Origin: Paramecium tetraurelia
Taxonomy: Eukaryota
NCBI GenBank assembly: GCA_000165425.1
Contig: CT867994.1
Location: 1-64,000, forward strand
Direction of reading: 5' to 3'
DNA: 64,000 nucleotides
Of the stretch, positions 29,309-42,618 are shown piece after piece (position 1 is the first letter of the stretch; every line of letters begins with the position of its first letter). Made by a program: the position numbers and the translations under genes. The notes under the pieces were generated by a model. It did not search any database. It worked only from the letters and a program-made list of their open reading frames with translations, and was not told where the DNA came from.

Positions 29309-30798
29309 AAAGTAAATTAATATGAAAAAGATTTTTCATTTTTACTTAATTATAAAAAAATCAAATTTCAATTGGATTCTGATTCAAATATTTCCAAATA
29401 AAAAATCTAATATTAAATTCTCATTGATTGCCTCAATCATAATATTTATTATTTTTTAATCAATCATAATTAATAAAATTCCAAATTAAGACTTATTTTT
29501 TGCCTGAATCTAAAGTGGAGAGTATTTTCAATCCCAACTTATTTCGCCCTATATATAGAGAGAGTGAAAATTAATTTTTTGTTAAATTTCAAGTTCATAA
29601 TTCTCATTAACTTGAAATAAGTTGGCTCAGCATCTGATCTTTTTATTAATAAGATTTGTATTACATTATGAAAACAGCAATCAAAATCATATCAGTTTTG
29701 CTCTTTGCCATTGCTATCCTTTTACTATTAGCCATTATTTTCATTCAATTTATATACTTTCAAATTTTAGGCTGGATTATACAAGAATATTATACTTATT
29801 AATAACTTCATTCTATGGTCCTTATCTCTATATAATTTAAATTTAGATTCCATTTGAATCAGCAGATTCTTAATATACTTACAACTTCGTCGTTATTCAC
29901 TATTAAGCAATTAATTTCATTTTGACTCAGATAAAAATAAGTGTAGTTTTTCTCTTATTTAAAAACAAGAATTAATTTACTCCAAGATAATCAATGCAGG
30001 TTTTACATCTTTAGGGTTATAGATTAATTTAATTTAAGTTAGTTTACTTTATTTTTTTGAGTAATAATAATGAAGTCATCTAATTTTATCCAAAGCTAGA
30101 GTTGATGAATTATTTAAAAAATGAAAATGATTTGCATTTTATTTTTAATTTTTTAGTGCATGAAATTAGTGTTTTAAAATCAATCTTTTGCTTTGTAGAA
30201 AATCGTTTTCAGTTGATTAATATCTTTGTTAATTTTTATCACTATAATATTACAAAAAAATTATTAATTTAGTATATATAAAATATTTTTTCTCAATTTT
30301 GTTTTCAATAGATTCCTTATAAATAATAATCGACATAAAGAACTTATATTTTAGAAAAAGAAATTAAATTCTGAGTTTCATTTCAAAGCCCATCTAAACT
30401 TAATTTATTTAATCAAAATTGCTGTAGAATTTCTCTTCTATTAATTATTAAACCACATTATAAGCATTATCAAAATTATGGTTCGATTTTGTATTATAAT
30501 TATATTTCTATAAGCAGTTGGATCTTTGCAGAGTCAATTAACTAGAAAAAACCTATTTTTCAATAATTCTAAAATAAAAGAAGTCTTAATGTTATTTGTT
30601 CAATTATAATAGCATTCCTTCTGACTACCAGTAGGATTCAAACAATATTTAGAATTAAAGTGCATTTTAAGAATTCAATCATGATGTATATATCAGTGAA
30701 TAAATAAGAATAAATGGTAGATGTTTAAAATTTTCAAGCTCTTCCAAAATAATTAATATTTTCTTTAGTAAACAATAATAATTATAAATTATAAAAAT

Positions 30799-31362
30799 AT
30801 GGGGTGTCTTTCTTCATCTTAAAAAGAAGAGGATGTTAGCATTGCTTTGTAGAGTTAGAAGAAGTTAAAGATTGTATTCATAGGATTAGAAGGGAGTGGA
30901 AAGACAGCAATATTATAATATTTGAGAAATGGAAAATTTACCGAAACTTAACCTACTATAGGTTTGAATGTTGAGACAATTTAATATAAACAGAGATTCT
31001 ATTTGATTTTTGATGTTGGAGGGAAAGTGCGAACATTGTGGTCTCATTATTATGATAATTTGGATGGGTTGGTTTTTGTTGTTGACAGTACAAATCAGGA
31101 GAAATAATAAGAGATCTAAAAAGAATTAAAAAAGTTAAGCGAGGATATAAAAACAAAGGTAATTAACCAACTAATCTAGATAGTGTTATTAATGTATCTG
31201 AATAAATCAGATTTACAAAATTCTTAGACCATGGAATTTGGAGATATTCCATACTCAAAATCAGATGTGATAATCCAAAAATGCAGTGCGAAATCAGGTG
31301 AAGGAATCTGGGAAGGTATTGATAAAATGAATGGATTGTTGGATCAAAAATTCTAATCTTGA
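30799..31362 (+). CDS. Arf-like small GTPase (ARL), divergent
   Basis: MGC N-terminus; GLEGSGKT (G1), PTIGLNVE (G2), FDVGGKVRTLWSHYY (G3), LNKSD (G4), CSAK (G5); one 21-nt intron. Confidence 0.92.
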
Positions 31363-31378
31363 TAATTTTATTTAATTA

Positions 31379-32497
31379 ATGTTAACGAACAACTAATATA
31401 CCTAACATCCAGTTCAATCTGTTCTATACTAATAATAGCTTTAAACTAATCAGCGACTTCCTCTTTAGCAACTTTAATAACCTGTCTAAATGAAGTTAAT
31501 ATAACCTCAACCATCAATGATATTTTAGCAATAAGCAGCTTAGAGTCAACTATATACATAATCAAATCAACATGTTAAAACTATCTAATAACACCATATG
31601 TAAAAAACAAATCAAGTATTTTAGGCATCATACTCATGAATATAAAATCCCTCAATATTAGTAAGCAATTGTTTCTGCTCCGTAATAATCCATTGTTGCT
31701 GCTCCTCCTCCTCCTTAATAACCTGAAATTAATGAGATGTTTCATGTTGAAAGAGAGTTATAAGTTCTTTCTGTAGAAGATGTAGAGGAACCTTGGAAAA
31801 AGAAATGTGTTGAATTAGAAATTAAAATATTTGATTTGTAAACTGAATTAGGCAGATTTAAAAATTAAGGATAAGAATTGAAAGTTACATCAAATGAGGA
31901 ATTCCAAGTAAGAGAATTGGAAGCTAAAATCAAAATGATGAAGGATATTGAGGACGCCTTAAGAAAAGAAATAGAAAGCTAATAAAGTGAAATTGATTCT
32001 TGGAGATAGAGATATTCCAAATTGCAATTAGAGTTTTAATAATTGTTATAAGGAGGTGAAGAAGTCAGATAGTTAAGAGATGCTTTAGCCGAAAAAGAAA
32101 GGCAAATTTTGAAATTAGAGAATGCAGTAAATTCTTAAAATGTGGAAATGCAAAATTACATGAGATTAATTCAGTAACATTTAAATTTTAATATATTAGA
32201 AATAAAGACTAAGAAATTGCATAGTATAAATAAATGATCCATCAATTAGAATAGGAAATGAGTGAGTATTAATAAACTACTGAAAAAATGAAATATTATT
32301 CTAATGAAGCTGAAATTTGGAAGGAGAGATTTATGAAAGCCAATCAAGATTTTCACACTGCCCAAGAATAATGGATGATGGCTTAAGCTGAATTAGATTC
32401 TTTGAAAAAACAAAAAACTTTTACTACTACTGAAAAAACTACTACTGTTTAATAAACTAATACAAAATAAAGCAAGGCTGCTGCCAAATAGTATTGA
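31379..32497 (+). CDS. Gln/Pro-rich N-terminus plus long coiled-coil protein (cortical/cytoskeletal-type)
   Basis: Open table-6 frame MLTNNQYTQHPV...EEPWKKKCVELEIKIFDLQTEL...SKAAAKQY*, with one tiny intron near 32175. Confidence 0.8.
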
Positions 32498-33023
32498 AAA
32501 TTATAATATTATTCTTATTTTTTTGAATCAACTTCCTACTCTCATCACATTAATCTAATTCTGATATATTCTCATTAATTAATCTAGGATAAAATTAAGC
32601 TACTTCATTGATAAATGCTATAAAAGAGTAAATCTATCCTTCATATTTTCTCATTATATGAAAAATAGTTCCTACATCAAACAAATTAAACCTTTATTCA
32701 TGAAATAAAAAATATTTTACTCAAACTTATTCATGATTGAAGAGTTACTTTCTTCAATATAGTTTTACTAACTATTTAATATTAAGAATTATATTAATTC
32801 ACTTTATTGCATATATATTACTAATGAAATTTATTTTATTATAAATTTGCTTATTCAATATTTAAATCATGATATTTTTTTTTCTCAAGCTTCCTATTTA
32901 AGTACAATATTTAAGAATTTAAATATTCTCAATTTTGGTATTAATATATAAACATATGAGATCATATCTTAAATCTTCAGTTAGCATTTAAATTACAATT
33001 ATATCAAATTTGATTAGCTTTTT

Positions 33024-35440
33024 ATGATTTCCTTTGTTCTTTATTGTTTGACATTACAATAAGCATCTGCTGATTGTACCACCACTGATTCAGCAAGTTG
33101 TGAGGCAGAGACAGGTTGTGGTTGGTGGTCAGAAGAAGGCTGTTACAAATGTTCAGATTGGGATTAATCAAATTGTTAAAATGTGTGCGGATGGTACAAT
33201 TTAGCCTGTACAAAATGCACCAGCATACCAAATACTTCATGCCTTTCAACAGGATGTGGTCTTTCCTTTAGCAATTAGTGTATAAATTGCGGAGGATTAA
33301 GCACTTCAACCTGTTCTAACTATTTTGGATGCTATTTATCAGGTGGGGCTTGTTATGCAAGTTTATTTAGGACTTAAACTGATTGTGTTTCACCATATGA
33401 ATGGGTTGATTCAAAATGTTAAATTTAAGCTTGTTCTTCATCAAAAAAATCAAATTGCATATGTGGAACATCTAGCTTAGTGGTTTGTGGCTCATCAGAA
33501 GGATGTAAGGATATTGCAGCCTCAACTGGAGTGTGTAAATAATATTGTGCTTAAAATTTAAACTCAAATTCATGCTAGTGTGGAACAGACTAAGTAGAAT
33601 GCCTAAGCTCTCTACATACTGTGTGGACATCAATGCTACATCAGGACAATGTAAATAGGCATGTTCAGGATCAACAGTGTCTGATTGTATATGTGGAACC
33701 TCAAGTAAATCCTATTGTGATTCAACTAAATAATGCTAGAGTAATTCATGTGTATCTGTTGCGAATTGTTCTTCAATTAACTAAAATAACTGTTCATGTG
33801 GTAGTTCATCAAAACAAAATTGTGGTTCAACTACTTATTGCAAAGATCCAACTGCAGCCAGTGGAGTTTGTGTTAATAAATGTTAAGGATCAACTGTAAA
33901 TAATTGTATTTGTGGATCTTCAACAGTATCATATTGCAGTTCAACATAAAGATGTGAAGATAATATGGCTAGTTCAGGTAATTGTTTGGATATATGTACT
34001 ACTAATTTTTAAAGTAATTGTTCATGTGGTTAAAGTCAATTTAGTAATTGTAATAATTCTAAATATTGTGTGAATGCTTCTGCTTCTAATGGGTAATGTT
34101 ATGATAATTGTACAGATAGTGTTAGATCATCTTGCATTTGTGGAATTGCAACAAAATAAGTTTGTTCTAACTAACAAAAATGCCAAGATCCAACTTCTAA
34201 TGATGGCAATTGTATTACTATACCAAATTGCATTAATAATTTTGATAACTCTTGTTTATGTGGTATAACTTAGGTTTCTTAGTGTTCTTAATCTACTTAT
34301 TGCACTAATGTATCTGATTCAACAGGAGTTTGCATATAAAATTGTAATCAAAATTTAAAGTCTAATTGTATTTGTGGTTCAGTTAATAAACTTATCTGTT
34401 CTAAAACTTAAGTATGTTAGAATCCTAATGATATGAATGGATATTGTATAGAAAAATGCGTTACGAATTTATAAACAAATTGCTAATGTGGTAACTCTGT
34501 TACTCCTTTTTGTGGTTCAAATGAACATTGCCATGATGTTTAATAACTTACAGGTAACTGTGTTAAATAATGTAATTTATTTGAAAACAATTGTGTTTGT
34601 GGAACATCATATTATTCACAATGTTCATCTACCACATATTGTTCATCAAAATCAGAAGGAATTTGTTTAGATTACTGTTCTTACTAATCTTCCAATTGTA
34701 TTTGTGGAAACAAAGTCAAATAGGTATGTTCAAATGAAGAAAAATGCGTTGATCCAAATTCAGATAATGGAATTTGTAATTAAGGAACTTGTACATTACA
34801 ATTTTAATCAAATTGTACTTGTGGTTTAAGTAATCAAGCTTATTGCAATAAGAATTAATATTGTTTAGATTAGACAGCACTCATTGGAGTATGTTATGAA
34901 AAATGTAAGTAAAATTAAAATAACTGTTTATGTGGAATAGATTCTATAGATATATGCCATGCTTCAACATATTGTATATTGCAATCTAAAGGTGTTTGTA
35001 TGTCAGAATGCTCTTCAACTAATTATCAAAATTGTTTGATATTATCTGAAAACCAAAGCTTGTCTTGATTAACTTGATACTATCTATAATGATCTTACTG
35101 CAAAATGCGTACCAACTTGCAAAGAAAATGGTTAAAATAATTGTTTTTGCGGTAGTAGGGAGAATGGTTTAGATGTAAAATTAATTTGTTAATCTGGCTT
35201 TGAATGCTAAAATCTTGGAACAAAATAAAGTGGTTGTTAAGAGAAATGTACAACTAGCAAAACATCAAATTGTTATTGCGGATAAGAAAAGTCTCAATAT
35301 TGTAATCAAAATTAGACCTGTTTAGATGTGACTTAATAGGTAGGAACATGTAAATAACTTTAACTATTTCAAATGCTGATTTTTCTACCAATTTACAAAT
35401 AGGGCTTTTTGCAATATTCTGCCTATTAACTATTATTTGA
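33024..35440 (+). pseudogene. Cys-rich GPI-anchored surface protein, copy A (frameshifted as assembled)
   Basis: Signal peptide MISFVLYCLTLQQASA, periodic CxCG repeats and a GPI-like tail SNADFSTNLQIGLFAIFCLLTII*. It has a 2-nt CT insertion at ~33608 relative to copy B, and further frame breaks near 35055 and 35360. Confidence 0.8.
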
Positions 35441-36052
35441 ATTTATATAAATCCATTAAGTATATAAACTATTAAAAAATTATTAATTGTCTTAGATGAT
35501 TATAATCGAAATTGTTCAAGAAAAGGATTTCTTTAGGAATTACAATGAAATTAATTTGACAATTTTATAATTTCGTAATAATTTACATTATGAATTGCAC
35601 TATAAAATACTTAGTGCAATTTTATGCCAGAAATTGTGTTATAATTTTGCTGAATAAATTCTACTCTCATTTAATAGTACTATAATTGTTCAAGGCTTTG
35701 GCATAATCCGGATTTTTACTGTTTCAAATTTGAATCTAATTATAATTTATACATAAGTAGGTACTTCTAACCAAGAACACTATATAAGATACTATATACT
35801 ATTTCTTTATTTTTTGAAATAACCTGAACTCTGTATATGATATCATGGGGAAAAAGAAAAGTTAAGATAGATGAATAGAAAATTTATCCAAAATATAGGA
35901 AGAAATAGTAGTAATTCAATCAAAAGAGAATGATATATTAAAGCAATAAATGGAAAAAAGAAAAAAATGAGTTCTTCATTAAGATTTATAACTCTTGAAT
36001 CGATAATATAAATGTTAAATAAATTTTATATAATAATATAAAATAATAAATA

Positions 36053-36507
36053 ATGGATAAGAGATTTTACAAAACTTGTTCAAAACATGCTTATTATTAG
36101 TATATTAATAGATATGATCCAAAATTGTTAGCAACATACTAGACTGGGTATTATCATGGAATCGGCAGACAGTATATTTTCTTATTTAAGTTAAAGAGGG
36201 TTATTCAAAACATTAGTTTTGAGATAAGCAGGTGATAGCATTGGAATGGAAGAAGATCACAGTTATACATATAAGATGCATGTTATGGCTATGAACTTGA
36301 TGTATAGAAGTGGTTGGGTATTATTTGCTTACATTTTAATTTGGAATACATTTTTATTGGGAGATCCTTGTTAAGTATATATTAGTATCTAATGAATAGG
36401 TTTTTAATACTTCATACTGGGACTTAGCATGCAAACCATCAGGAGATATGGATTACAATACAAGATATGAAATGTTGTATGTTCAAGACAGAGTATTAAG
36501 ATTCTGA
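36053..36507 (+). CDS. Small single-TM protein, possibly a ciliate-specific mitochondrial membrane subunit
   Basis: Three tiny introns; MDKRFYKTCSKHAYY...GWVLFAYILIWNTFLLGDPC...YEMLYVQDRVLRF*. The function is a guess from size and composition. Confidence 0.65.
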
Positions 36508-36548
36508 TCCATTAAATATAAAATGTTATTATTATTTTAACCATTTGC

Positions 36549-36947
36549 TCATTTGTTTTAGCTTCCACTGGAACCTGGAGGCCAAGTCAACTATTCTCCT
36601 CCAATTATATGAAGATGAAGATGCCAAACGCTCTGGCCTCCATTTTCTCCATCATTAATGACGACTCTGAATCCTTTCTTCAATTCATCAACTAATTCAA
36701 CGATCTTAGTGACGGTTAACAATAGATGGCCTAAGACTTCCTTATTGTGTTCTTAAGCCTTCGATAATTATGTCAATCCATTTCGTTATTTTGGAATCAA
36801 CAGAATATGCACAGGAGCCTATGGATTGACATCATGAAAAGCAAGGCACTAAATAAAGTTAATTTTTACTAGATCATCCTAATAAACGATGTTTGCTTTT
36901 ATCTATCCAGATACGATTTTATCAAAGATTGTGACTTCAGCGTCCAT
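36549..36947 (-). CDS. HINT1: Histidine triad nucleotide-binding protein (HIT family)
   Basis: [59 protein letters not shown]; one 21-nt intron. Confidence 0.95.
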
Positions 36948-36989
36948 TTATAATTAAATTATATTAATCAAAGCTTAATTTAATATTAA

Positions 36990-38498
36990 TCATTATACTC
37001 TTTTATTTATTAATACAAGCTATCTTAACTTTATTCGTCATCTAATTATTTTCTTTGGCAGAAAAATAGAAAATCTCCAGGGATTTGTAAGTTAAATCTT
37101 CTTAAAAGATATGGAAATGCTCCATTGACAATAAATCCTGCTCCAAAGCACAATGGAAGTATCTAAAGATCATAATAATAATACTTTGCATATCATCTGT
37201 AAAACCACAGAATTAGACGAAATGAATAAGAAGGGTATTAAAATTACAAAAGGAAGTAATAATAGGAGGAATCTCTTAAGATGGTATAATGTTGAAAGCT
37301 TTTTCTTCCACTTATTAAAGAGCCCTTCTTCATAAGAACCCTACACTAACACAGCACCAACTAATAATCCAGTAATTAGAGCTCCTACTCCTGTAAACTA
37401 AAAACAGGAATTATATAATATTTAAGGGGATTCCTTAGTGTAATGAGTTGATTTGCATTCATTGATTCTTGCTATCCATTTACTCATATCGTTTTTATCA
37501 TAATAGTATAATGAATTCATTTTTAATAATCCCAAGGATAATCCCAATAAAACTATCAATAGGAAAAATGCCATAGGAATAATATGATTCATTTCCTCTA
37601 ATCTACTCCTTTTGGGATTTACCAAATTTAATATGTATCTAAATTGATATTTTTTGATTAATACTCTCTTAATGATGCATGAATTACAAAAATATACATT
37701 AAAGTTATATATAGGCCCCAAACCCAACCAAGGAGTACTTATCCTAAAGAATGAACTCCAAGAAATACTCTAGATATTCCAGTCAACACTATGCTTAAAA
37801 GGATGAATAATATTAGGATCACTTTCATTGCAATTTTAAATTTAGATTAAAGATTGGTATTTACTTAGTATTAACTATTCTTAACTAAATATTCTTATAA
37901 TTGTTACTCCTAACTCTGAATTTTTCTCAGTATATATTGTATACCCTGTAGGAGGTTCTACTTTCTCATTATCTAATGTAATTTAAATGAATACTTACTA
38001 TCTTAAAAATCAACCTAAATTCTATGCCTTCTTAGTTATCTAATTGATGGGAAAAGCAACACAGGCATAAGAATAAGCATAACAATAGAGTTTTGAGAGT
38101 GTCCCGATGGTTTACCGTAGTCTGAGTTGCATTTTAAACTACAATATTATTTTTAGGTACCTCCTAATTTCAGGTTCAATCATGTATGGTCTTGCTTAAT
38201 GGTAAATGTTTTTTAAAATCTCATTTGTTGTTACACTTGTTATTACAACACCCAAATAAAGCAATGCATTTAATTTATTGTCGTCATATACGAAACAATA
38301 AAATGCTGCTATTGGTGGAATGATGACAATGTCTGAGAAGAATTCATAAAATAGCTGCTCGAAAAGAGGAATAGTTTTTTGCATTGATATCGCAAACGAC
38401 TTGCTAACATCCCAGAGTTCATCATTAAAAGCTATGTCTATCACGATGTAAGCAATCAACAGAGTAGTAAACACTATTGACAATATTATTTTATTCAT
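36990..38498 (-). CDS. PAP2-superfamily integral membrane phosphatase
   Basis: C1 motif KNIYHQARP, C2 PSGH and C3 SRVFLGVHSLGQV, plus multiple TM helices. It joins ORF-track pieces 38196-38498 and 37422-37727. Confidence 0.88.
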
Positions 38499-38827
38499 TT
38501 AATTATTACGTGCAAAAATACATATTGCTATTTATAATATGAAATAGCATCATATTGTATAATGTGTAACTTTGTCATTAATTAAATGTTGTTAGGTTGA
38601 AATTCATTTCAATTCAACCATCTCTATTAGAAATAATAAAATTATGTATAATCATAATAAATGTATTACTTAGACATTATTTAAGAAGATACTTTTTATT
38701 AGAATAATATAAGGATATATTTATTATGCAAAATTTAGATCCCCTTTCTATAACTAAATTTAATAATATTTCAGGTTATAAATGGTTATCAAATGAAATT
38801 TTAATTATAATATATAAACAAAAATAA

Positions 38828-39517
38828 ATGACTAAAGAAGAAATTAAAGAGGTGGTTGAAGTTATCTTAAAAGATAAGTTAGGTTAAATTTGGTCTAAAA
38901 TAGCAAATCTTGAAGAAAGGTTTTAAATTTATGAGAGATAACTAACTTAATAGCAAAGTGATGTTTAAAAAAATGCCAATAATTAGAATGGCTAAATTCT
39001 TCATTTGGGGAAGAAATTTAATGAGTTGATCAAACAATTATAAGCAGCTTAGGATGCAGCTAACTAAGTTGTAGAAATGACTGAGCGAAAAATATAGGAA
39101 ACTTAAAAAGTTAAAAAGAATTAGCAGAAAAAATTGGAAGAGTTATATAAAAATTAAAATTTACAACAATAAATAAATTCAGGATTTTCATAATTAATTA
39201 AAAGTTAATAACAATAATAGCAATAACAACAGCAATAACAATAACAATAATAATAACAACAGCAATAACAATAATTATAACAACAGCAATAACAATAATA
39301 ATAGCAATAACAATAACAATAATAGTAATTATAATAATAATACTATTAATTTTAAACTCAATAAGGAGTACCAGAAGGCATGGTATTTAGAACAAGAAAT
39401 GGTACTAAATATCATCTTAGAAATTGTGAGCATGTGCAAAAATATTAAACTTTAATGATAACTATAGAATAGGCTCGAGAATAAAATTTGACTGGCTGTT
39501 TGAATTGTAAATCATGA
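38828..39517 (+). CDS. Coiled-coil/poly-Gln protein with C-terminal Ada-like Zn-binding motif
   Basis: Intronless frame with an alternative in-frame ATG at 38726. Poly-Q at 39205-39345; C-terminus VFRTRNGTKYHLRNCEHVQKYQTLMITIEQAREQNLTGCLNCKS*. Confidence 0.8.
39205..39345 (+). repeat. Imperfect CAA/TAA/CAG/TAG trinucleotide repeat encoding poly-Gln
   Basis: Tandem caa/taa/cag/tag codons inside the CDS. Confidence 0.9.
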
Positions 39518-39576
39518 CTTAAATAATTTTTTTAATTCTATTAAAAAGGTCTTATTAAAATTTAGTTAAATAGACT

Positions 39577-40741
39577 TCATTCCATATATTGAGGTTTTTG
39601 TTTTCCAGTTCTAAGAGTGCATCCAGCACAATGCAATAATGCAACAGCAGCATAGATTGGTCCTTTTTTAAGTAAATCTGATCTAAATGCTATACCCATA
39701 TATTCGCCATTTAATGCGAAGGAGAGTGTACCTAAAGTAATTAAAGTTAAGAGTACCATTAAGCATGTTTAAGCAAACTCCAAGAATTCCTTCTTTTTTG
39801 AATCTTTTACCATAAGTTTATCCAGATGCATTGCTTCCATTTCTTAATTATGCTAATCCATAATAAGCGAAGCCTTGATTTAAGTCGCAGAAAGCAGCAT
39901 TCAAATTAATGGCATTTCCTTAACAAACTCCAATTTTTAATTCATTTTCAGTTTTAGCATCTGCTTCAATTTCCCAATAATGAATACCAGTTTCAAATCC
40001 CTAAAAATGTTAAAAATTGTTTAAATACCTGATCTCCCAAAACTGTTCTGAAAATGTATGAACTTTCTTTAAGGAAGACACTAGAATCACCATTTAACAA
40101 TTAAATGCCTGTGCCACATTTGTTTTTATCCCATCTAAAACTTGGACATCCATCAACACTGAGAACGGGTTGTATTGCAGGTTATTTATTTTAGGATAGA
40201 AAGCCTGATACTTATCCAGATCCTGTTAACTTCTGTTGAAGCTTCTTAATAATATCGTATTATTTTTTAGGATCCGACACATTTTCAAACAATTGCACTG
40301 TCAACTCACATAGTATGCTGCAATATGATGTTTAACTAAAGTTGATTAATAAGATTACTATTTCTCTTCAGCAGACAAAAACTCTTTACAATTTTCATGA
40401 TTTAAACATTTAACTTTAATACATTGATTTTGATGTTATTCGATATCTATAATAGAACACAATTTTTTGCATTCAGGATTTGAGCAGAATAATTACAAGT
40501 TCTTATAAACCTTAAGCATTGCTCCTTAAATTTTAATATACTTAGGAGTATTATCTGAAGAATTTGGTGGATATCCACAATCTGAGCTTTTGCAAGGAGG
40601 CTTTGTTGCCACACAATCAGAGCAGTACATTTAACCACAAAAATTGCATTCATATGGGTCTTTTACTACTTTATTGCAAACCAAACATATCAGATGTTGT
40701 TGAGGTTGAGGCTAGAATCGATTAATGTCGTACCCAGACAT
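39577..40741 (-). CDS. RING + TRAF-type Zn finger + SPRY/B30.2 protein (probable E3 ligase)
   Basis: MSGYDINRF..HLICLVCNKVVKDPYECNFCGQMYCSDC; further Cys/His clusters; SPRY motifs FRTVLGDQGFETGIHYWEI, LKIGV and GTLSFALNGEYMGIAF. Confidence 0.88.
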
Positions 40742-41093
40742 AATTTATTTTGTTGAAATTAATTAAAATTTGTATTCAATAATTCATTTAAATTTCGAAT
40801 GTTTGTAATTCTGATAAAAGCAATTCTATATAAATTATACACTAACTTTAATGAAATACTATATAAAGACTTCTCCTGACTTCTCTGCACTTTAATAAGA
40901 TACTAAAAACTCAATATAAAGCTTCAACTATAGTTATTTTGGGTTTCATATTTTAGAACACCTTTCTCATTTTGATGAATGTATTACTGATTTGTACTTG
41001 TCTTAGTTATTTATAGTATTAAAATGAAACTAATCTGATTTGATTTATAAATTACTCTTGTAGAAAATTTAAAACAAACAAACTAATTTATTA

Positions 41094-42589
41094 ATGGATA
41101 TATAAAATTAGAAAAGAAAGAGCAAATTTTCATTCTCTCGAGCTCCTACTAATGAAAATTCTGGTGCTTTGCAATAATTGAAAAATAGGTTCAAAGGTAA
41201 GATGAGTTTCTATCTCTAGGACAAATGCTCTAATTAATTAATAAAAATGAGAATAAGGATTAAGATAAGTAAATTTAAGAGTTTTTGATTCGAATAAACG
41301 TTGAATTAGAGGAGGAAGATCTCAAATATATAAAATTTGATATGAGCTTGTATCATGAAAATTATATTGATGGTGAAATATTGGGAGAAGGATGTATTGG
41401 GTTAGTAAGAAGTGTTACAAGAAAATAAGATGGGTGTGAATTTGCATGTAAAATTGTAAAGACAGATGCTGAAGAGATTGTGAAAAATGTTATATTTGAA
41501 TATTAATGTGATAGATGATTTTAGAATTTAAGAATCTTAAAAAATTAAGTCATCCTCACATTGTTGCTATGAAGGAACTGTTCATACAATGGAATGAAGG
41601 TTTCCAGAGCACAGGAACAGTTTTAGTAATAATGGAAAAGGTGAAGGGTAGAGAAATGTTTGAGGTAATACAAAAGTAAAAGAATTATAGTGGTAAATTA
41701 TGATATAATTTTAGAGTGGACTGCAAGAATATTATTTGAGTAAATCTTGGTGGCGATAAAATATATGCATGATAATTATTGTTGTCATAGAGATTTGAAA
41801 CCAAATAACATTCTATGTGCAGAGGATGGTACTTCAATTAAGATTACAGACTTTAATGTAAATAATAATTAATACATAAGGTTTCAAAATTTACTGACGG
41901 CTATAAAGAATTCACTAATCTCAACGACCATGGTAAAATCGAAATGTGGACATACACAGGTACTGTTGCATTTTCTGCTCCTGAAATATTCTCAGGGGGA
42001 TTGTACAAGTAAATTATATTTTGTAATCAGTGAATAAGTTGATCTGTGGAGTGCAGGAGTAATATTGTATGTGATGTTAAGTGGTGAATTACCGTTCAAT
42101 TCAGATTATCTAAATGATCTTATTGATTAAATTTCAAAATGCAAATACTAAATGGTTGGTCCAATTTGGGATTAAATTTCACCTTAAGCCAAAGATTTAA
42201 TATAAAATTTGCTATAATTAGATCCACTTCAAAGATTAACACCTGAATAAGCTCTAGATCATCCATGGATTAAAAATGTACAAAACAAATCAGAGATTCC
42301 AAGGGATACTTTGGAAAAAAACATGGCACGATTCTTAAATCAAAAAACAAATAATGAATCAGAATTAAGCGCCAAGAAGATTAAATAAATCTGTTTCTTA
42401 TTTGGAGCTGGAGAGATTTGGAAACGTCACTCTTTGAAAAATTCATCAGTTTCCAAAATTTCTGAGGATCTCAAGAAATTTAAATCTATTGATATTTCAA
42501 CATATAAAAAGGAAATACAAGTGACAAAGGATTAAAATTCGAATCATGTATATCATATAGATTATCCATTTAGTGATGATTCAGATTGA
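41094..42589 (+). CDS. CaMK-like Ser/Thr protein kinase
   Basis: LGEGCIGLV, FACKIV, HRDLKPNN, ITDFNVSK, TYTGTVAFSAPE, VDLWSAG; four tiny introns. Confidence 0.93.
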
Positions 42590-42618
42590 ATTATTATTTT
42601 TATAATTATTTTATATTT

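Noticed and set aside
33621..34670. Val/Gln-rich ORF-track peptides (also at 62531-63874)
   Set aside because: They are off-frame readings of the Cys-rich surface gene.
35500..36000. Coding-like fragment MGKKKSQDR*IENLSK...
   Set aside because: Early in-frame TGA and no recognisable homology; at most a decayed remnant.
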